From: an uncultured virus (IMG/VR IMGVR_UViG_3300044731_002410)
Lineage: Duplodnaviria > Heunggongvirae > Uroviricota > Caudoviricetes
Strand: one strand, 5' to 3'
IMG/VR virus record: IMGVR_UViG_3300044731_002410
DNA length: 64,000 nucleotides
Part shown: in pieces, positions 28,548 through 38,150 of the stretch
Layout: each line of letters starts with the position of its first letter
How positions within the stretch are numbered: position 1 is the first letter of the stretch
The notes under the pieces: generated by a model
Databases searched by the model: none
What the model was told of the DNA's origin: nothing
Seen by the model: the letters and a program-made list of their open reading frames with translations, nothing else
Position numbers and translations under genes: made by a program

Positions 28548-30242
28548 CTAGACCTGAGCGAGCTCTTCCACACTTGAAGCAAGTGCAATCGACTGCACGG
28601 GCGCTGTCCCTTCAAGTTCTACTTGCCAATGCTGGGCCATAAAGCCTGCAGGTAGTCGTTGTGCCTCTGGGCCAGGTACCGCGACGGTGTAGCGTAGCGA
28701 CGTTGGGGTAGGTGCTGAAACACGGCTGCCAAGGCTTTGCGTCAAACGTTGGATCGTTGCTGAAGGCAGATCAAGCGCATCGACCTTTATCGTTACCGGA
28801 TACGCATCGGCTTGTACTTCCAGGCATGAAAAGCTAATGGGCTGCGGCGCTCGAAACACTTTGGAGCGAAAGCGATAAGTCAGTGGCGTTTGGCTGCCAT
28901 CAAAGCGTTGAACATTGACGCCTGAAAGCCCATAGAGTTGATCTTGAATCGGATCGACATAAAGGGCGCTAAAAGCTAGATCAAAAAAGTACACGCCCGT
29001 ACTTGATGCTGGATCGATTAAAAAGCCTCGACGACCCGAGCCGTCATCAAAGCTGCCCAGATAGAGTCCCTCGTAGTAAGCACCCATGATGCTTGCTGGC
29101 TTTAATGCCTGCCAATCAGCGCGCGTTAAAACGCCTGCTGTTAAAAGCCTCGCACCCCCGCTCCCAAGCCAACATAGACCATCGTCTGAAGCCCAGGCAA
29201 CCCCTGAGCCCATACTGACGACCGAGCGTGGCGCAATACAGGCTTGAGGCAGATCAATGAGTTGTTGATCAAGCGAATCAGGACTTGACCCAGAGACCAC
29301 AAGGGGCCTGCCATTGGTAAGCACCACGAGTTGCTGACCAAAAACACCCAGTGCAACGGGCTTTGAATCCGGTGGAATCACATCGTAGTTTTCTGGCCAT
29401 GCATAAGCGACATAGGGTTCACAAAAGCGAATGCGATTGCCCGATATCCCTGCAAGCATGCCGTTCCAGAGTGCACTTAAGTGCGTTAGGTTCTCGGGCG
29501 GCATCGCCCAAGCAACCGTGGGGCAGACTTCGCCAAGATCGCGCAAATCATCGGTGGTGCTTTGCGTGCCGATTGCAATCTCACGCAAAAAGAAAAAGTC
29601 CGTTGCACCACTTGATCCGGTTGCTGTGCGATAAATCCGCATGCGATTAATTTGGTAGTTTCCTGCAGGCGGTAGTGCAAAGCCAGAAAGGGTTGCGTGG
29701 GCGTCACTAGGTCGGTTGTTCTCCGTACTAACGGGGCTTGGCGCACTCTCCCAACCCCAATCGTTCACATAGGTATAAACGTAATAGCTTGAAGTAAGCT
29801 CCCCTGTTCCACCTGCTAGCGTTGCAACGTTAAGGGCCGCAGTGGGAGCCGGTAGTCCAAGTGGTCTTGATGCGATTGGATAGTTTGACGTTGGTGAAGG
29901 TGCACTACCAAGGCCCATCACGTTATCGGTCACTTTCGGTGCCCCATCACCGCTATAGTAAGTGCGCTCGGTGGTATCGCCTGTATCAAAGCCTCGCACG
30001 GCATGCACAACACTCGCCCAAGAGAGCCAATAGGTGCTGTCTGATGCAACATCGCGTCCCATGCGATACATGCTTTGGCGTCCAATCGGAACGTTCGCTA
30101 CCGTTTGTGGTGCGTTCCAACTTCTTAGATCACCACGGCCTGGACGTTGATTGCGACTAAGCGTGCCTTGATGCTCGGCAAGTAAGCTTGGGTGAAGGGC
30201 TTGCACTTCACCGCTAAAGCCTGCAATCCGTATGAGGGCCAT
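28548..30242 (-). CDS. Tail nozzle/stabilisation protein
   Basis: YVYTYVNDWGWESAPSP, FCEPY.AYAWP; podovirus tail position. Confidence 0.7.
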   Translation of the reverse strand: MALIRIAGFSGEVQALHPSLLAEHQGTLSRNQRPGRGDLRSWNAPQTVANVPIGRQSMYRMGRDVASDSTYWLSWASVVHAVRGFDTGDTTERTYYSGDGAPKVTDNVMGLGSAPSPTSNYPIASRPLGLPAPTAALNVATLAGGTGELTSSYYVYTYVNDWGWESAPSPVSTENNRPSDAHATLSGFALPPAGNYQINRMRIYRTATGSSGATDFFFLREIAIGTQSTTDDLRDLGEVCPTVAWAMPPENLTHLSALWNGMLAGISGNRIRFCEPYVAYAWPENYDVIPPDSKPVALGVFGQQLVVLTNGRPLVVSGSSPDSLDQQLIDLPQACIAPRSVVSMGSGVAWASDDGLCWLGSGGARLLTAGVLTRADWQALKPASIMGAYYEGLYLGSFDDGSGRRGFLIDPASSTGVYFFDLAFSALYVDPIQDQLYGLSGVNVQRFDGSQTPLTYRFRSKVFRAPQPISFSCLEVQADAYPVTIKVDALDLPSATIQRLTQSLGSRVSAPTPTSLRYTVAVPGPEAQRLPAGFMAQHWQVELEGTAPVQSIALASSVEELAQV

Positions 30243-30276
30243 GATTAGGCTGCTGAGCCAGGCACGGTTTGATAAT

Positions 30277-31734
30277 TCATACCAGTGCAAGATGCTTGGC
30301 TGCAGACGGCAAGCCTGGTCTTAACCCATGACCCATCAGCAGTGCGACGTAGGAGAAGCCATGGAACATCCCAAAGCGTCGCTGCATCAGGTCACGAAAG
30401 GCGGCATCCTCAATCAGCGCCTCATCGTTACCTTCAAAGGCTTTGATAACGCGCTCAAGTGCTTCGGGCCTGCTCATGCGGCCATAGTCACGCCAAAAGG
30501 CACTGTCCGTGCGAGCACTTAATAGATAGTGGCTTTGCACAAAATCGAGCACATCGTCGTGTTGCTCACGCATCTCCGCGTTATAGCGATCCCGCAAGGC
30601 ATCGGGCGCCACATGGGCTGCATGAAGGTATTGCGCTAAAAGCATCGCAGCGTAATGACCCAACGCTATGGCCGTGCTTTCGATGGGCTCGCAAAAAAAG
30701 CCACTCAAACCGATGGCCACCACATTGTGATGCCACAGCTTGGGCCGAAAGCCCGTCTTGAAGCGCACAAGGCGCGGCTCGATCGCTTCGGGCGCATAGC
30801 CCCAGCGTCGGGTGAGGTGCGAGATGAAATCGGCTTGCGCTTTCTCCGTATCCACATAGCGGCTTGCATGGATATAGCCCGTGCCGATGCGGCTTTGAAG
30901 CGGAATATGAAACACCCAACCCTCAGGCAAGCCCTGGCAGTGGGTCAGATTCATGCGCTGTCTGGCGGGGTCCACGAAGGGGAGTTGCACCACCCAGGCC
31001 TGATCGACAAGGAGGCGATCAGCCACCGAGACCCATGGTGATTGCACCGCTTGAGCCAGTACGCCTGCAAAGCCTGTGCAATCGATGTAAAGATCAGCGC
31101 AAAGCGCATGACCCGCATCGATAAGAATGCTTGAAACCGCCCCACGATCATCGCAGTGCACCTGAGCAATCGTTGCATCAAGCACCTGAACGTTCTCGCG
31201 CGCAAGCACCTCTTGTTTAAGTAGCGCGGCGTACTTCAAGGCATCGATGTGAAAGGCACCGCCTCCGCCATGCGCAGCCACCCGGTAGCGCTCAAACCAG
31301 GTGCTTCGCTCGATAAAGCCCCCTTCAAGCTTGGCCCCTGCCCAGGTGTGCTCGGCAGCAAAGGCCCACTGATCGGGCGCCTGCGCAAGCGCCCCTGCGC
31401 GAAGGGCCGCCCCCAATCGGATCCGATCGATATCGGCAGCATCTAAAAAGGGGTGTAACCAGCGTGCGCCCTTTTCATAGAAATCCTCAAACGCAATCCC
31501 CAGTTTCACCGTGGCATCGACCGCGCGCGCCCAGGCCTCGGTTTGCAGGCTTGGCAGTGCCATCGCCTTATGGGCCAGGTGTAAGTGGGGAAGCGTACTT
31601 TCACCCACGCCAATGCTCGGGATCGTGCTTGGGTCGAGCACCGTGACATGCAGTGCGGGGTTGGCTGAGAGGATCGCCGCAGTCGACCAACCGGCCGTAC
31701 CACCGCCTGCAATGAGCACATGGCGCCTTACCAT
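30277..31734 (-). CDS. Tryptophan halogenase family flavin-dependent enzyme
   Basis: GGGTAGW, IGVGEST, DATVKLGI (catalytic Lys position), IDCTGF, GWVFHIPL..RIGTG, FCEPIESTA. Confidence 0.88.
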   Translation of the reverse strand: MVRRHVLIAGGGTAGWSTAAILSANPALHVTVLDPSTIPSIGVGESTLPHLHLAHKAMALPSLQTEAWARAVDATVKLGIAFEDFYEKGARWLHPFLDAADIDRIRLGAALRAGALAQAPDQWAFAAEHTWAGAKLEGGFIERSTWFERYRVAAHGGGGAFHIDALKYAALLKQEVLARENVQVLDATIAQVHCDDRGAVSSILIDAGHALCADLYIDCTGFAGVLAQAVQSPWVSVADRLLVDQAWVVQLPFVDPARQRMNLTHCQGLPEGWVFHIPLQSRIGTGYIHASRYVDTEKAQADFISHLTRRWGYAPEAIEPRLVRFKTGFRPKLWHHNVVAIGLSGFFCEPIESTAIALGHYAAMLLAQYLHAAHVAPDALRDRYNAEMREQHDDVLDFVQSHYLLSARTDSAFWRDYGRMSRPEALERVIKAFEGNDEALIEDAAFRDLMQRRFGMFHGFSYVALLMGHGLRPGLPSAAKHLALV

Positions 31735-32150
31735 TGGATCGCCTCACGCGCCCTTGCACGGGCCTCGCTCACGTCCTGGGGCACCGGCACGCCGCACTCA
31801 AGGGCGCGGATCACATACCAGTCGGTACTGGCCAGATAGTCGATGAGCTGTCGGCTTTGCGCATAGCGTCGGCTGCGCGCTTCGCTTACATCAAGGTTAT
31901 TCAAAAAATCAAGCACCTCAGCGATTTGTGCCTCATTCATGATGACTTCCACGCCTGCGTGCACATAGCTGCGTACGTTCATGGAAAACTGCATCGCATC
32001 GTAGTCAAAGGAGAACACTGGACGCGTGGGCCCGGCAATATGCCGCCCCTCACGCAGGATCGAGACATTGGCCCGAGGGTTGGCCGGTACGATCATCATC
32101 GGTGGATCGGGCGCTTTGTCGTGGGCTATTTCGTGTGTAACGTCGGTCAT
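31728..32150 (-). CDS. Tail fibre assembly-like protein
   Basis: YLASTDWYVIR..E.G.PVP.DV...RA.AR motif. Confidence 0.7.
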   Translation of the reverse strand: MTDVTHEIAHDKAPDPPMMIVPANPRANVSILREGRHIAGPTRPVFSFDYDAMQFSMNVRSYVHAGVEVIMNEAQIAEVLDFLNNLDVSEARSRRYAQSRQLIDYLASTDWYVIRALECGVPVPQDVSEARARAREAIQW

Positions 32151-32245
32151 GGTTTCGCTTTAGAGAGGTTGGTTACAGGTGTTGGTTAACAGCGCTTGGC
32201 CTTAGCGTTTGCGGCATTGTCAAACTTTGTAATAGTCCTGATGCC

Positions 32246-32707
32246 TCAGTAGTAGTAAGCCCAGTACGAGGTATCGATCCAGCGGTAGTAGCCGGTTTCT
32301 ACCCAATAGGGTGCCGGATCGTAATAAACGGTGTAATCATTATCGTTATACCACTGCCACAGATTGGGGTAGCCATAAAAACCGGTCACTTGAAGCCAGC
32401 CCTGGTAGCCCATCGGTGAGGGCGCTTGGAAGTAAGGTTCAAGCATGCCCCACATTTCAGCGACACCCCAGACTTGTACAGCCTCACCCCCACCGCTCGT
32501 ATCCCACCACCCGGTCTTGCGCCCATAGAGGGTTTGGTAGTAACCCGGCGGGTCATACCAGTAGCCTTGACTCACATACTGGTTATAGCCCGATGAAACC
32601 CACACCCGCTCCCAAAGCCTCGTGCCACCCGGTCGATTTAAGCGGTTAAACGCAGATCCGTTGCCCAGAACATAGGTAACACTGGCCAGATTGATTGACT
32701 GGGAGGG
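32246..32707 (-). CDS. Trp/Tyr-rich putative tail-tip protein (start uncertain)
   Basis: 12 W and 22 Y in the last 119 aa; frame is open up to the TAG at 32717-32719; no ATG near the 5' end, ACG-CCC-TCC-CAG starts at 32707. Confidence 0.6.
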   Translation of the reverse strand, partial: PSQSINLASVTYVLGNGSAFNRLNRPGGTRLWERVWVSSGYNQYVSQGYWYDPPGYYQTLYGRKTGWWDTSGGGEAVQVWGVAEMWGMLEPYFQAPSPMGYQGWLQVTGFYGYPNLWQWYNDNDYTVYYDPAPYWVETGYYRWIDTSYWAYYY

Positions 32708-32716
32708 CGTACGCGT

Positions 32717-33142
32717 CTACCAGTTGATCGTGAGCGTTGAGCCGCTGACTGAAAACGTTGCGCCCACCGGACCTTGTGCGCCTTGCGCACCTTGTGGGCC
32801 ACGAATCTGCGCAACCACGGCAGCCGGGATCGGCTGCGAACCATTGAGCCAGGCAGCGCCTGCGTTATTCACCGCCGTGATCTGATTCGCGCCTGCGCTG
32901 TTGACGGCCGTAATCTGGTTAATGCCCGCTGCATTGACCGCATTAACCTTTGCAGTCCCGGCATCATTAACGGAAGAAACTTGTGAAGTCCCTGCCGCAT
33001 TCACGGCCGATACATTGGCATTACCAATAGAGGACTCCGAAGCTTTGGCAAGCAGCAAGAGCTCGGTAGCAGAAGTTGCACCCGAGACGCCGTTTAATCG
33101 CGCCTGAAGCGTATTGCTATAGGTTGTAAAGTCAACGGGCAT
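32717..33142 (-). CDS. Short tail fibre protein with 11-aa repeats and collagen-like triplets
   Basis: VNAAG-type 11-aa repeats; GPQGAQGAQGPVG. Confidence 0.65.
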   Translation of the reverse strand: MPVDFTTYSNTLQARLNGVSGATSATELLLLAKASESSIGNANVSAVNAAGTSQVSSVNDAGTAKVNAVNAAGINQITAVNSAGANQITAVNNAGAAWLNGSQPIPAAVVAQIRGPQGAQGAQGPVGATFSVSGSTLTINW

Positions 33143-33150
33143 GGCTCACC

Positions 33151-33501
33151 TCAAAGTCCAGCAAGTGCAAGCGCCTGGGTTTCAGCAAGCTGCGCTTGAA
33201 GGGAAGCAATGGTTGCGCTATCAGCAAAGCCTTGCGGGTTTGCAGCGCTATAGGGTGTGTAGCCAAGCGCTTGGGTGATATTGCTTGATGTGAGTTCTGC
33301 TCGAATCGCAGCGCTTGATTTGTTTTCAACCGCACTTAAGCCCAGATTGCTGCGAGCACTTGTTGGATGGGTGAGATCGGCAAGGTTTGCACTGGCAATA
33401 AGCTTTTGAGCAAGCTCGCCATTCAGTCCAACAAAGTTGGCATCAAGCTCTGCATTGGTAAGCGGTGCCCCTTTAGCCTGGCGTGTCGTAATGCTTGCCA
33501 T
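33151..33501 (-). CDS. Phage tail fibre-related protein
   Basis: TRQAKGAPLTNAELDANF; ARSNLGL; ALGYTP. Confidence 0.7.
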   Translation of the reverse strand: MASITTRQAKGAPLTNAELDANFVGLNGELAQKLIASANLADLTHPTSARSNLGLSAVENKSSAAIRAELTSSNITQALGYTPYSAANPQGFADSATIASLQAQLAETQALALAGL

Positions 33502-33513
33502 CGCCTGCGCCCA

Positions 33514-33972
33514 TCAAACGGCACTAACCGTGATGGTCCAAGTCACCGTCATGGTGTCATCGGCTGCCTTATTCACCACGGCAAACACCGTTCGGCAAAG
33601 CATATCGCCACCGGTTGCAGCGTTAAATAAGCCCGCTTCAGTCACAGCGCCTGTGGCATCACCCGCTTCAAAACTTGCCACATACACAACCTTTTCATTA
33701 TTGGTGCCCGTAATCGTTGTGGAATCCAGTGCCTCACGAGCACCGAGCATGGCAATCAGATCGGTTTGGGCGCTAGCCGCTGCAGTCGTTCCCGCCCCCA
33801 GTGCCATATGGCTTATGGCAGGTTTTGCTGTACCCACCATGCGCGAGATGATGTAGGCAAGCCCCGCGTTGACTACAAGATTTTCAATCGTTCGGTCTTC
33901 TTTAACCAAACCATCTGCGCCTCGCACGCACAAGTTAACAGTGCCTTTAAGCTTTAAGCGTTCGTTGATCAT
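33514..33972 (-). CDS. Phage tail structural protein
   Basis: NLVVNAG...MALGAG...TEAGLFNA...VNKAADD..TVTWTI. Confidence 0.7.
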   Translation of the reverse strand: MINERLKLKGTVNLCVRGADGLVKEDRTIENLVVNAGLAYIISRMVGTAKPAISHMALGAGTTAAASAQTDLIAMLGAREALDSTTITGTNNEKVVYVASFEAGDATGAVTEAGLFNAATGGDMLCRTVFAVVNKAADDTMTVTWTITVSAV

Positions 33973-34000
33973 CCCTTTGCCCTGCCCTCACCCTGATGAA

Positions 34001-35632
34001 TCAAAAGAATTGGCGCTTACCTACATAGTCGGCTGCAAAAAAGGCGGGGTCAGCGGTATAACTTTGTTGATCCCAATAGCCACTATCTGTCATAGTGACC
34101 ACATCGCTTAACCGCTTACCCGCAAATCGCTCCACGCGATCCAAGAAGGAAGTACCGTGCCTGAGCAACACATTGCCATGCTTGGCGAGTTGCTCAACAA
34201 CGCCGCTTCGCTCTGAAAGTGCGGTACCAAGTGCCCGTTGCATTTGATCGGTCAAGGAGAGCTGATCGCCTTGCACGCGGGAGAACAAGCGCATCAGCGC
34301 ATCGCTTGCACCAAAGGCGTCAAGCGTCAGTCGGCGCTCTATAAACCGAACCGCTACACTTGATATCAAAGCGGACTCAAGCGCTGTACGGATGAGATCC
34401 CGCCAAGAAGCTTCAGCCATGAGTACTTGCTCACTCGAGGTCTTTTCACTTTGCCGCTGGATGCGATCCAAAGCGATAGCGCTATCACCATTTAACTTTG
34501 CTACGCTTTTTGATAGGGCTTCAAGCAGTTGGGCACGATCGTCAAAGAGACGGATAAAGCCGATGGAACGAATAAGCGCATCAACAAAAGCTACTGCCTC
34601 GTTAGTGTTCTTTGCGGGCGTTATAAGTGCTGCATCACTCAGCCCGAGGGCATCACTCGATGGCTTTGCATGGCGTGATGCCTGCGACTCAACAACGCTT
34701 AGCGCATCAAGGCCAGACCTTGCAAAGTCCTTAGCCACTTGATCAAAGGCTGTGCTGCCGTCCATAGCCTTGTGCAGAGTTGCCTTTACCAGCTGATCGA
34801 GCCACTGAAGCGATTCATTGATCGGCTTAAGAACAAGGCTCAGTTGTTGATCCCTTATCTCGAATGGTTCATTGGTTAGACGTTCAAGCGCAACTTGAAT
34901 CGAGGTAAGCATTAAAGCTTGATCACTAAAATCGCGCGTAAAGCCAACCGAGCGAATCAGGCTATCGCCAACCGTCAACCGGTGCTGTACTTGTTTTAGG
35001 AACGCTATCTCTTGATCATCTTCTGCAGATGCTGCACCGTCCACATCATCCGTAACGGTTGCGCGGTCTGCAATGAGTTTTACCAACGCCCATTGCGTGG
35101 ATGCTTCAAAGAAGACTGCATCGACGATGGCTTTGAGAAAGTCGTCGCTAAGCCTATCCATCGCTGAAGCTATGTCTTTTGTATCTTTGCCTGTTTGCTT
35201 TGCGTTCTCATCAAGCAGCAGGCACGCTTCAATAAGCGGCTTCGCGATAAGCCTATAGGCCCAACTTGCAACGATCGGCCGCTCACTCAGTACCTTTTGA
35301 ACGGTGACGTTGGGCTGATCAACTAAGAAAACCGCCTCATGACTTTGCTTACCAAGCGCTTGAATCGTTTGATCGACAAATGCCGCTTGATCATCGGCAT
35401 AACGCTCTAATTGCCAAAGATAGTGCTCAATGACTGTGGCTTCATCCTCTGAAGGCTTTTGAAGCTCGCGTTTTAGATCGTCATGAAAGCTTGCTTTGTC
35501 ATCGCGAAAAAGCGCAAGCACAAACTGCCCCACTTCTTGGGTAAGTTTAAGTAGCGATACCTGCACCTCAAGCGCGAGTTGCTCACTTTCATAGGCAGCC
35601 TTTAAGCGTTGCCAGGCTGCAAGAAGCTTCAC
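34001..35632 (-). CDS. Phage tail protein with ~19-aa degenerate repeats
   Basis: Periodic Asp-anchored repeats; YFAADYVG-like end. Confidence 0.55.
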   Translation of the reverse strand: MKLLAAWQRLKAAYESEQLALEVQVSLLKLTQEVGQFVLALFRDDKASFHDDLKRELQKPSEDEATVIEHYLWQLERYADDQAAFVDQTIQALGKQSHEAVFLVDQPNVTVQKVLSERPIVASWAYRLIAKPLIEACLLLDENAKQTGKDTKDIASAMDRLSDDFLKAIVDAVFFEASTQWALVKLIADRATVTDDVDGAASAEDDQEIAFLKQVQHRLTVGDSLIRSVGFTRDFSDQALMLTSIQVALERLTNEPFEIRDQQLSLVLKPINESLQWLDQLVKATLHKAMDGSTAFDQVAKDFARSGLDALSVVESQASRHAKPSSDALGLSDAALITPAKNTNEAVAFVDALIRSIGFIRLFDDRAQLLEALSKSVAKLNGDSAIALDRIQRQSEKTSSEQVLMAEASWRDLIRTALESALISSVAVRFIERRLTLDAFGASDALMRLFSRVQGDQLSLTDQMQRALGTALSERSGVVEQLAKHGNVLLRHGTSFLDRVERFAGKRLSDVVTMTDSGYWDQQSYTADPAFFAADYVGKRQFF

Positions 35633-35967
35633 CCCAAATCCTCTCGAAGCTTAAAGCGCATCAACTCAAACACCGTTTGCCTAAAACCCGTTGAGGGATT
35701 CACGACTTCAAGCTCTGCCTCATACTCACCGGCTTCGCGATCCCAATCGCCTGGCCTGAAAATCGCAATGGCTTGCCCAAGCGGTGCTGACTCAGGGTTG
35801 ATATAAAGCGGCAATGAAAAGGCAAGCACCTCGTCGCCTACTTGCCGCACATGCATAAAGGCTTGCGCCCCTGTGAGATCGATAGGCTCAGCCGTTGTGG
35901 CATCGGTAAAGCTGCACCGAATCTGAGGCCCTGTATCGCCTTGAACGAGTTTGATGCGATCAACCAT
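35629..35967 (-). CDS. BppU-like tail/baseplate upper protein
   Basis: IKLVQGDT.P....PIDLTGA...GEYEAELEV. Confidence 0.65.
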   Translation of the reverse strand: MVDRIKLVQGDTGPQIRCSFTDATTAEPIDLTGAQAFMHVRQVGDEVLAFSLPLYINPESAPLGQAIAIFRPGDWDREAGEYEAELEVVNPSTGFRQTVFELMRFKLREDLG

Positions 35968-36024
35968 CAGCGTTCAAATGCCTAAAGATATTGGGATCTG
36001 CGAAGCGTATGCAGCTTAGGCAGC

Positions 36025-36711
36025 TTATGCAGCCTGCTGATTGGGATTACCCACCGATTGGGGGGCAACCGCTACCGTGGCTTTAATTTCAATGCCAAGC
36101 GCATTAGCAAAAGCGGCATAGCGTGCCTGCGCCCGGGCTTCGTTGCCTGCGTATTGACTGTCTTTGGTATAGGCTCTGTAGAGCACATAGTCTTGCAAGG
36201 CGTTGCTATAAATATCAGGAACACTGATGGCACCTGAGACTGCTGAATAATCAGTTCCTGCTGCAGGCTCAGCAATATCGGTGGGAAGTGCTGAATACAC
36301 TAAATCAACCGATGCCCCAGCGCTTTGCGCAGGCGGATAGACATAAAACACTTTGGGGTCGCGCGGATCAAACATAAAGTGCACGATCTCAGTCACCCCT
36401 GAAAGATTGTGCCAACCGGGTGATTGCGCATCGAGGATTTCTCGTGCACACATGCGAATGGCACGCTTGGTGCCTGCACTATTTCGGACCACATCGATGA
36501 GCTTGGCACCATTAGCTGGCAGGCTTTGTTTGGTACCTGCAGACAGTGTCAGACTTGCATTAGTCACCATCGCATCGGGTCTGTGCACAATAATTTCGCG
36601 CTGACCGTCATTTAAATAGCGCACGAGCTCTGCCACAGGCCATCGGATGGAGGTCGTATCTTGAAGCGTTTCAACCACGCGTCTGATTAAGGCTTGGGCT
36701 GCAATGCTCAT
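36025..36711 (-). CDS. Head-tail adaptor protein
   Basis: LQD...RW...EL..YLNDGQREI...RPDA; ALQDYVLYRAY.KD. Confidence 0.7.
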   Translation of the reverse strand: MSIAAQALIRRVVETLQDTTSIRWPVAELVRYLNDGQREIIVHRPDAMVTNASLTLSAGTKQSLPANGAKLIDVVRNSAGTKRAIRMCAREILDAQSPGWHNLSGVTEIVHFMFDPRDPKVFYVYPPAQSAGASVDLVYSALPTDIAEPAAGTDYSAVSGAISVPDIYSNALQDYVLYRAYTKDSQYAGNEARAQARYAAFANALGIEIKATVAVAPQSVGNPNQQAA

Positions 36712-36756
36712 GAGGTTTCCTTCAAGCGAGTCCTTGGTAGTGTTCTAGTCAGTGAA

Positions 36757-37371
36757 CTAACACCAACCAACAGCCGCACGCGGCATTTGGCCTGGCGCGC
36801 CTTGAAAGCTTTGGGTTTGCTCGCCTACCGTCGCTTGCTCAAAAGCTTGAAGTGCATCCTTGGCAGCTTGTGGGTTAAAGAAGGGACCTGGCACACGCCA
36901 CAAGCGATGTAAGGCTCCAGCCACAATCGGTTCGCGATAAAAGCTGGCATGAAGATCGGGTAGCCCCTGTGCATCTTGGGAAACCGTGATCACCGCTTGG
37001 ATTTCAAGCTTTGTCTTTGCACCCTGGGCCTGTAACACGCTCACCGTGCTGCGATCGGTGCTAATGAGCGCGCGCTCACGCAAACTTTGACTTTGCGGGT
37101 TTTTACCTAAAAGGCGAAAGGCAGCAACAGGTAATGCATGACCGTTAAGCGTTGCTTTTTGGATCGATACGATTGCCGTATCCTCAGGTGGCTCAAGCTC
37201 ATAGGACTGAAGACTTGCTGCCATCGTGATGGGTTCAAGCCACGCAGTCCATGCTTTGGTGCGCTTGAAAAACTCAGCAGCCGAGCGGCAAAGCGCTTGA
37301 TCAATCAGCGGGTTGGGACATGCTGGCACGTGAAGCGCCACATCGCTGTGAAAATCAGACCAAATCGCCAT
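36757..37371 (-). CDS. Head-tail adaptor-like protein
   Basis: VPACPNPLI..AL..SA.EFF..T..W. Confidence 0.65.
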   Translation of the reverse strand: MAIWSDFHSDVALHVPACPNPLIDQALCRSAAEFFKRTKAWTAWLEPITMAASLQSYELEPPEDTAIVSIQKATLNGHALPVAAFRLLGKNPQSQSLRERALISTDRSTVSVLQAQGAKTKLEIQAVITVSQDAQGLPDLHASFYREPIVAGALHRLWRVPGPFFNPQAAKDALQAFEQATVGEQTQSFQGAPGQMPRAAVGWC

Positions 37372-37624
37372 CGCTTGGTCTCACAAGAGCTACTTCTTGC
37401 AGCGCTTTACTGGGTTTTACCCGTACCTTGCGCTCAGGCTCTGCACCTGCATCAAGCACGCAAAAATTGCCCGTTCGTAAGAGCGTTTGAATCAAGAGCG
37501 AATCGGTAATCTCACACACAAGTGATCCTTGGGCGTCCGCCTGAAAGATAAACGCCTCACCGGCACTTGAGCGCACGCAAACCGTACCGTCGCGACGGGC
37601 AGCAAGCGTTGTCATTAAGCGCAT
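37355..37624 (-). CDS. Phage hypothetical protein
   Basis: Coupled ORF in the structural operon. Confidence 0.55.
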   Translation of the reverse strand: MRLMTTLAARRDGTVCVRSSAGEAFIFQADAQGSLVCEITDSLLIQTLLRTGNFCVLDAGAEPERKVRVKPSKALQEVALVRPSDGDLV

Positions 37625-37664
37625 GGCGCGTTTACCTTGACTCGTTGCGCTTTCAGTCTTCTCA

Positions 37665-38117
37665 CTACGCAGCTTTATAAAAAAGCGTCATACCGATTTG
37701 ACCCGCTTGCTTGGTTGCTGCAGCCGTTGTGACTTTAAGCCCCAAGATGCGATCAAACGAAGACGGTGCAAGTCTCATCATGGCTACCGATTCAATAACC
37801 TTGGCTGCAGACGACTGACCAAGCGTGACACCGCTTGCAAAGCTCACCTGGATATCCGTTTGACTGGGATTAAGTAGTCCAACCGTGGTTAAAAGGGTTG
37901 GTGTTGCGTGCGCATCAAGATCATCAGCATCAAGCGTTAACCCAACCGGAATGCAGCCTGCAGGCAGTATGCCCACAGCACCCACATCATTGAGATCAAG
38001 ATCACTTGTGGTGAGGTCAATCGCATAGCGAACAGAAACCACTTCGGCGCCGGCCGGAAAGACCGTGGGCTTATAGCCCAGCAAATAGTCATTAGTGTGT
38101 TGAAAGCTCATCGTCAA
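37665..38117 (-). CDS. Capsid-associated (cement-like) protein
   Basis: LPAGC......DDLD; directly after the capsid gene. Confidence 0.55.
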   Translation of the reverse strand: MTMSFQHTNDYLLGYKPTVFPAGAEVVSVRYAIDLTTSDLDLNDVGAVGILPAGCIPVGLTLDADDLDAHATPTLLTTVGLLNPSQTDIQVSFASGVTLGQSSAAKVIESVAMMRLAPSSFDRILGLKVTTAAATKQAGQIGMTLFYKAA

Positions 38118-38150
38118 AATCCTTTTAAATCGATTGATCGATCAAAGTTG

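Noticed and set aside
26314..33142. Diversity-generating retroelement targeting the tail tip
   Set aside because: No reverse transcriptase, and no TR/VR pair differing at adenines was seen
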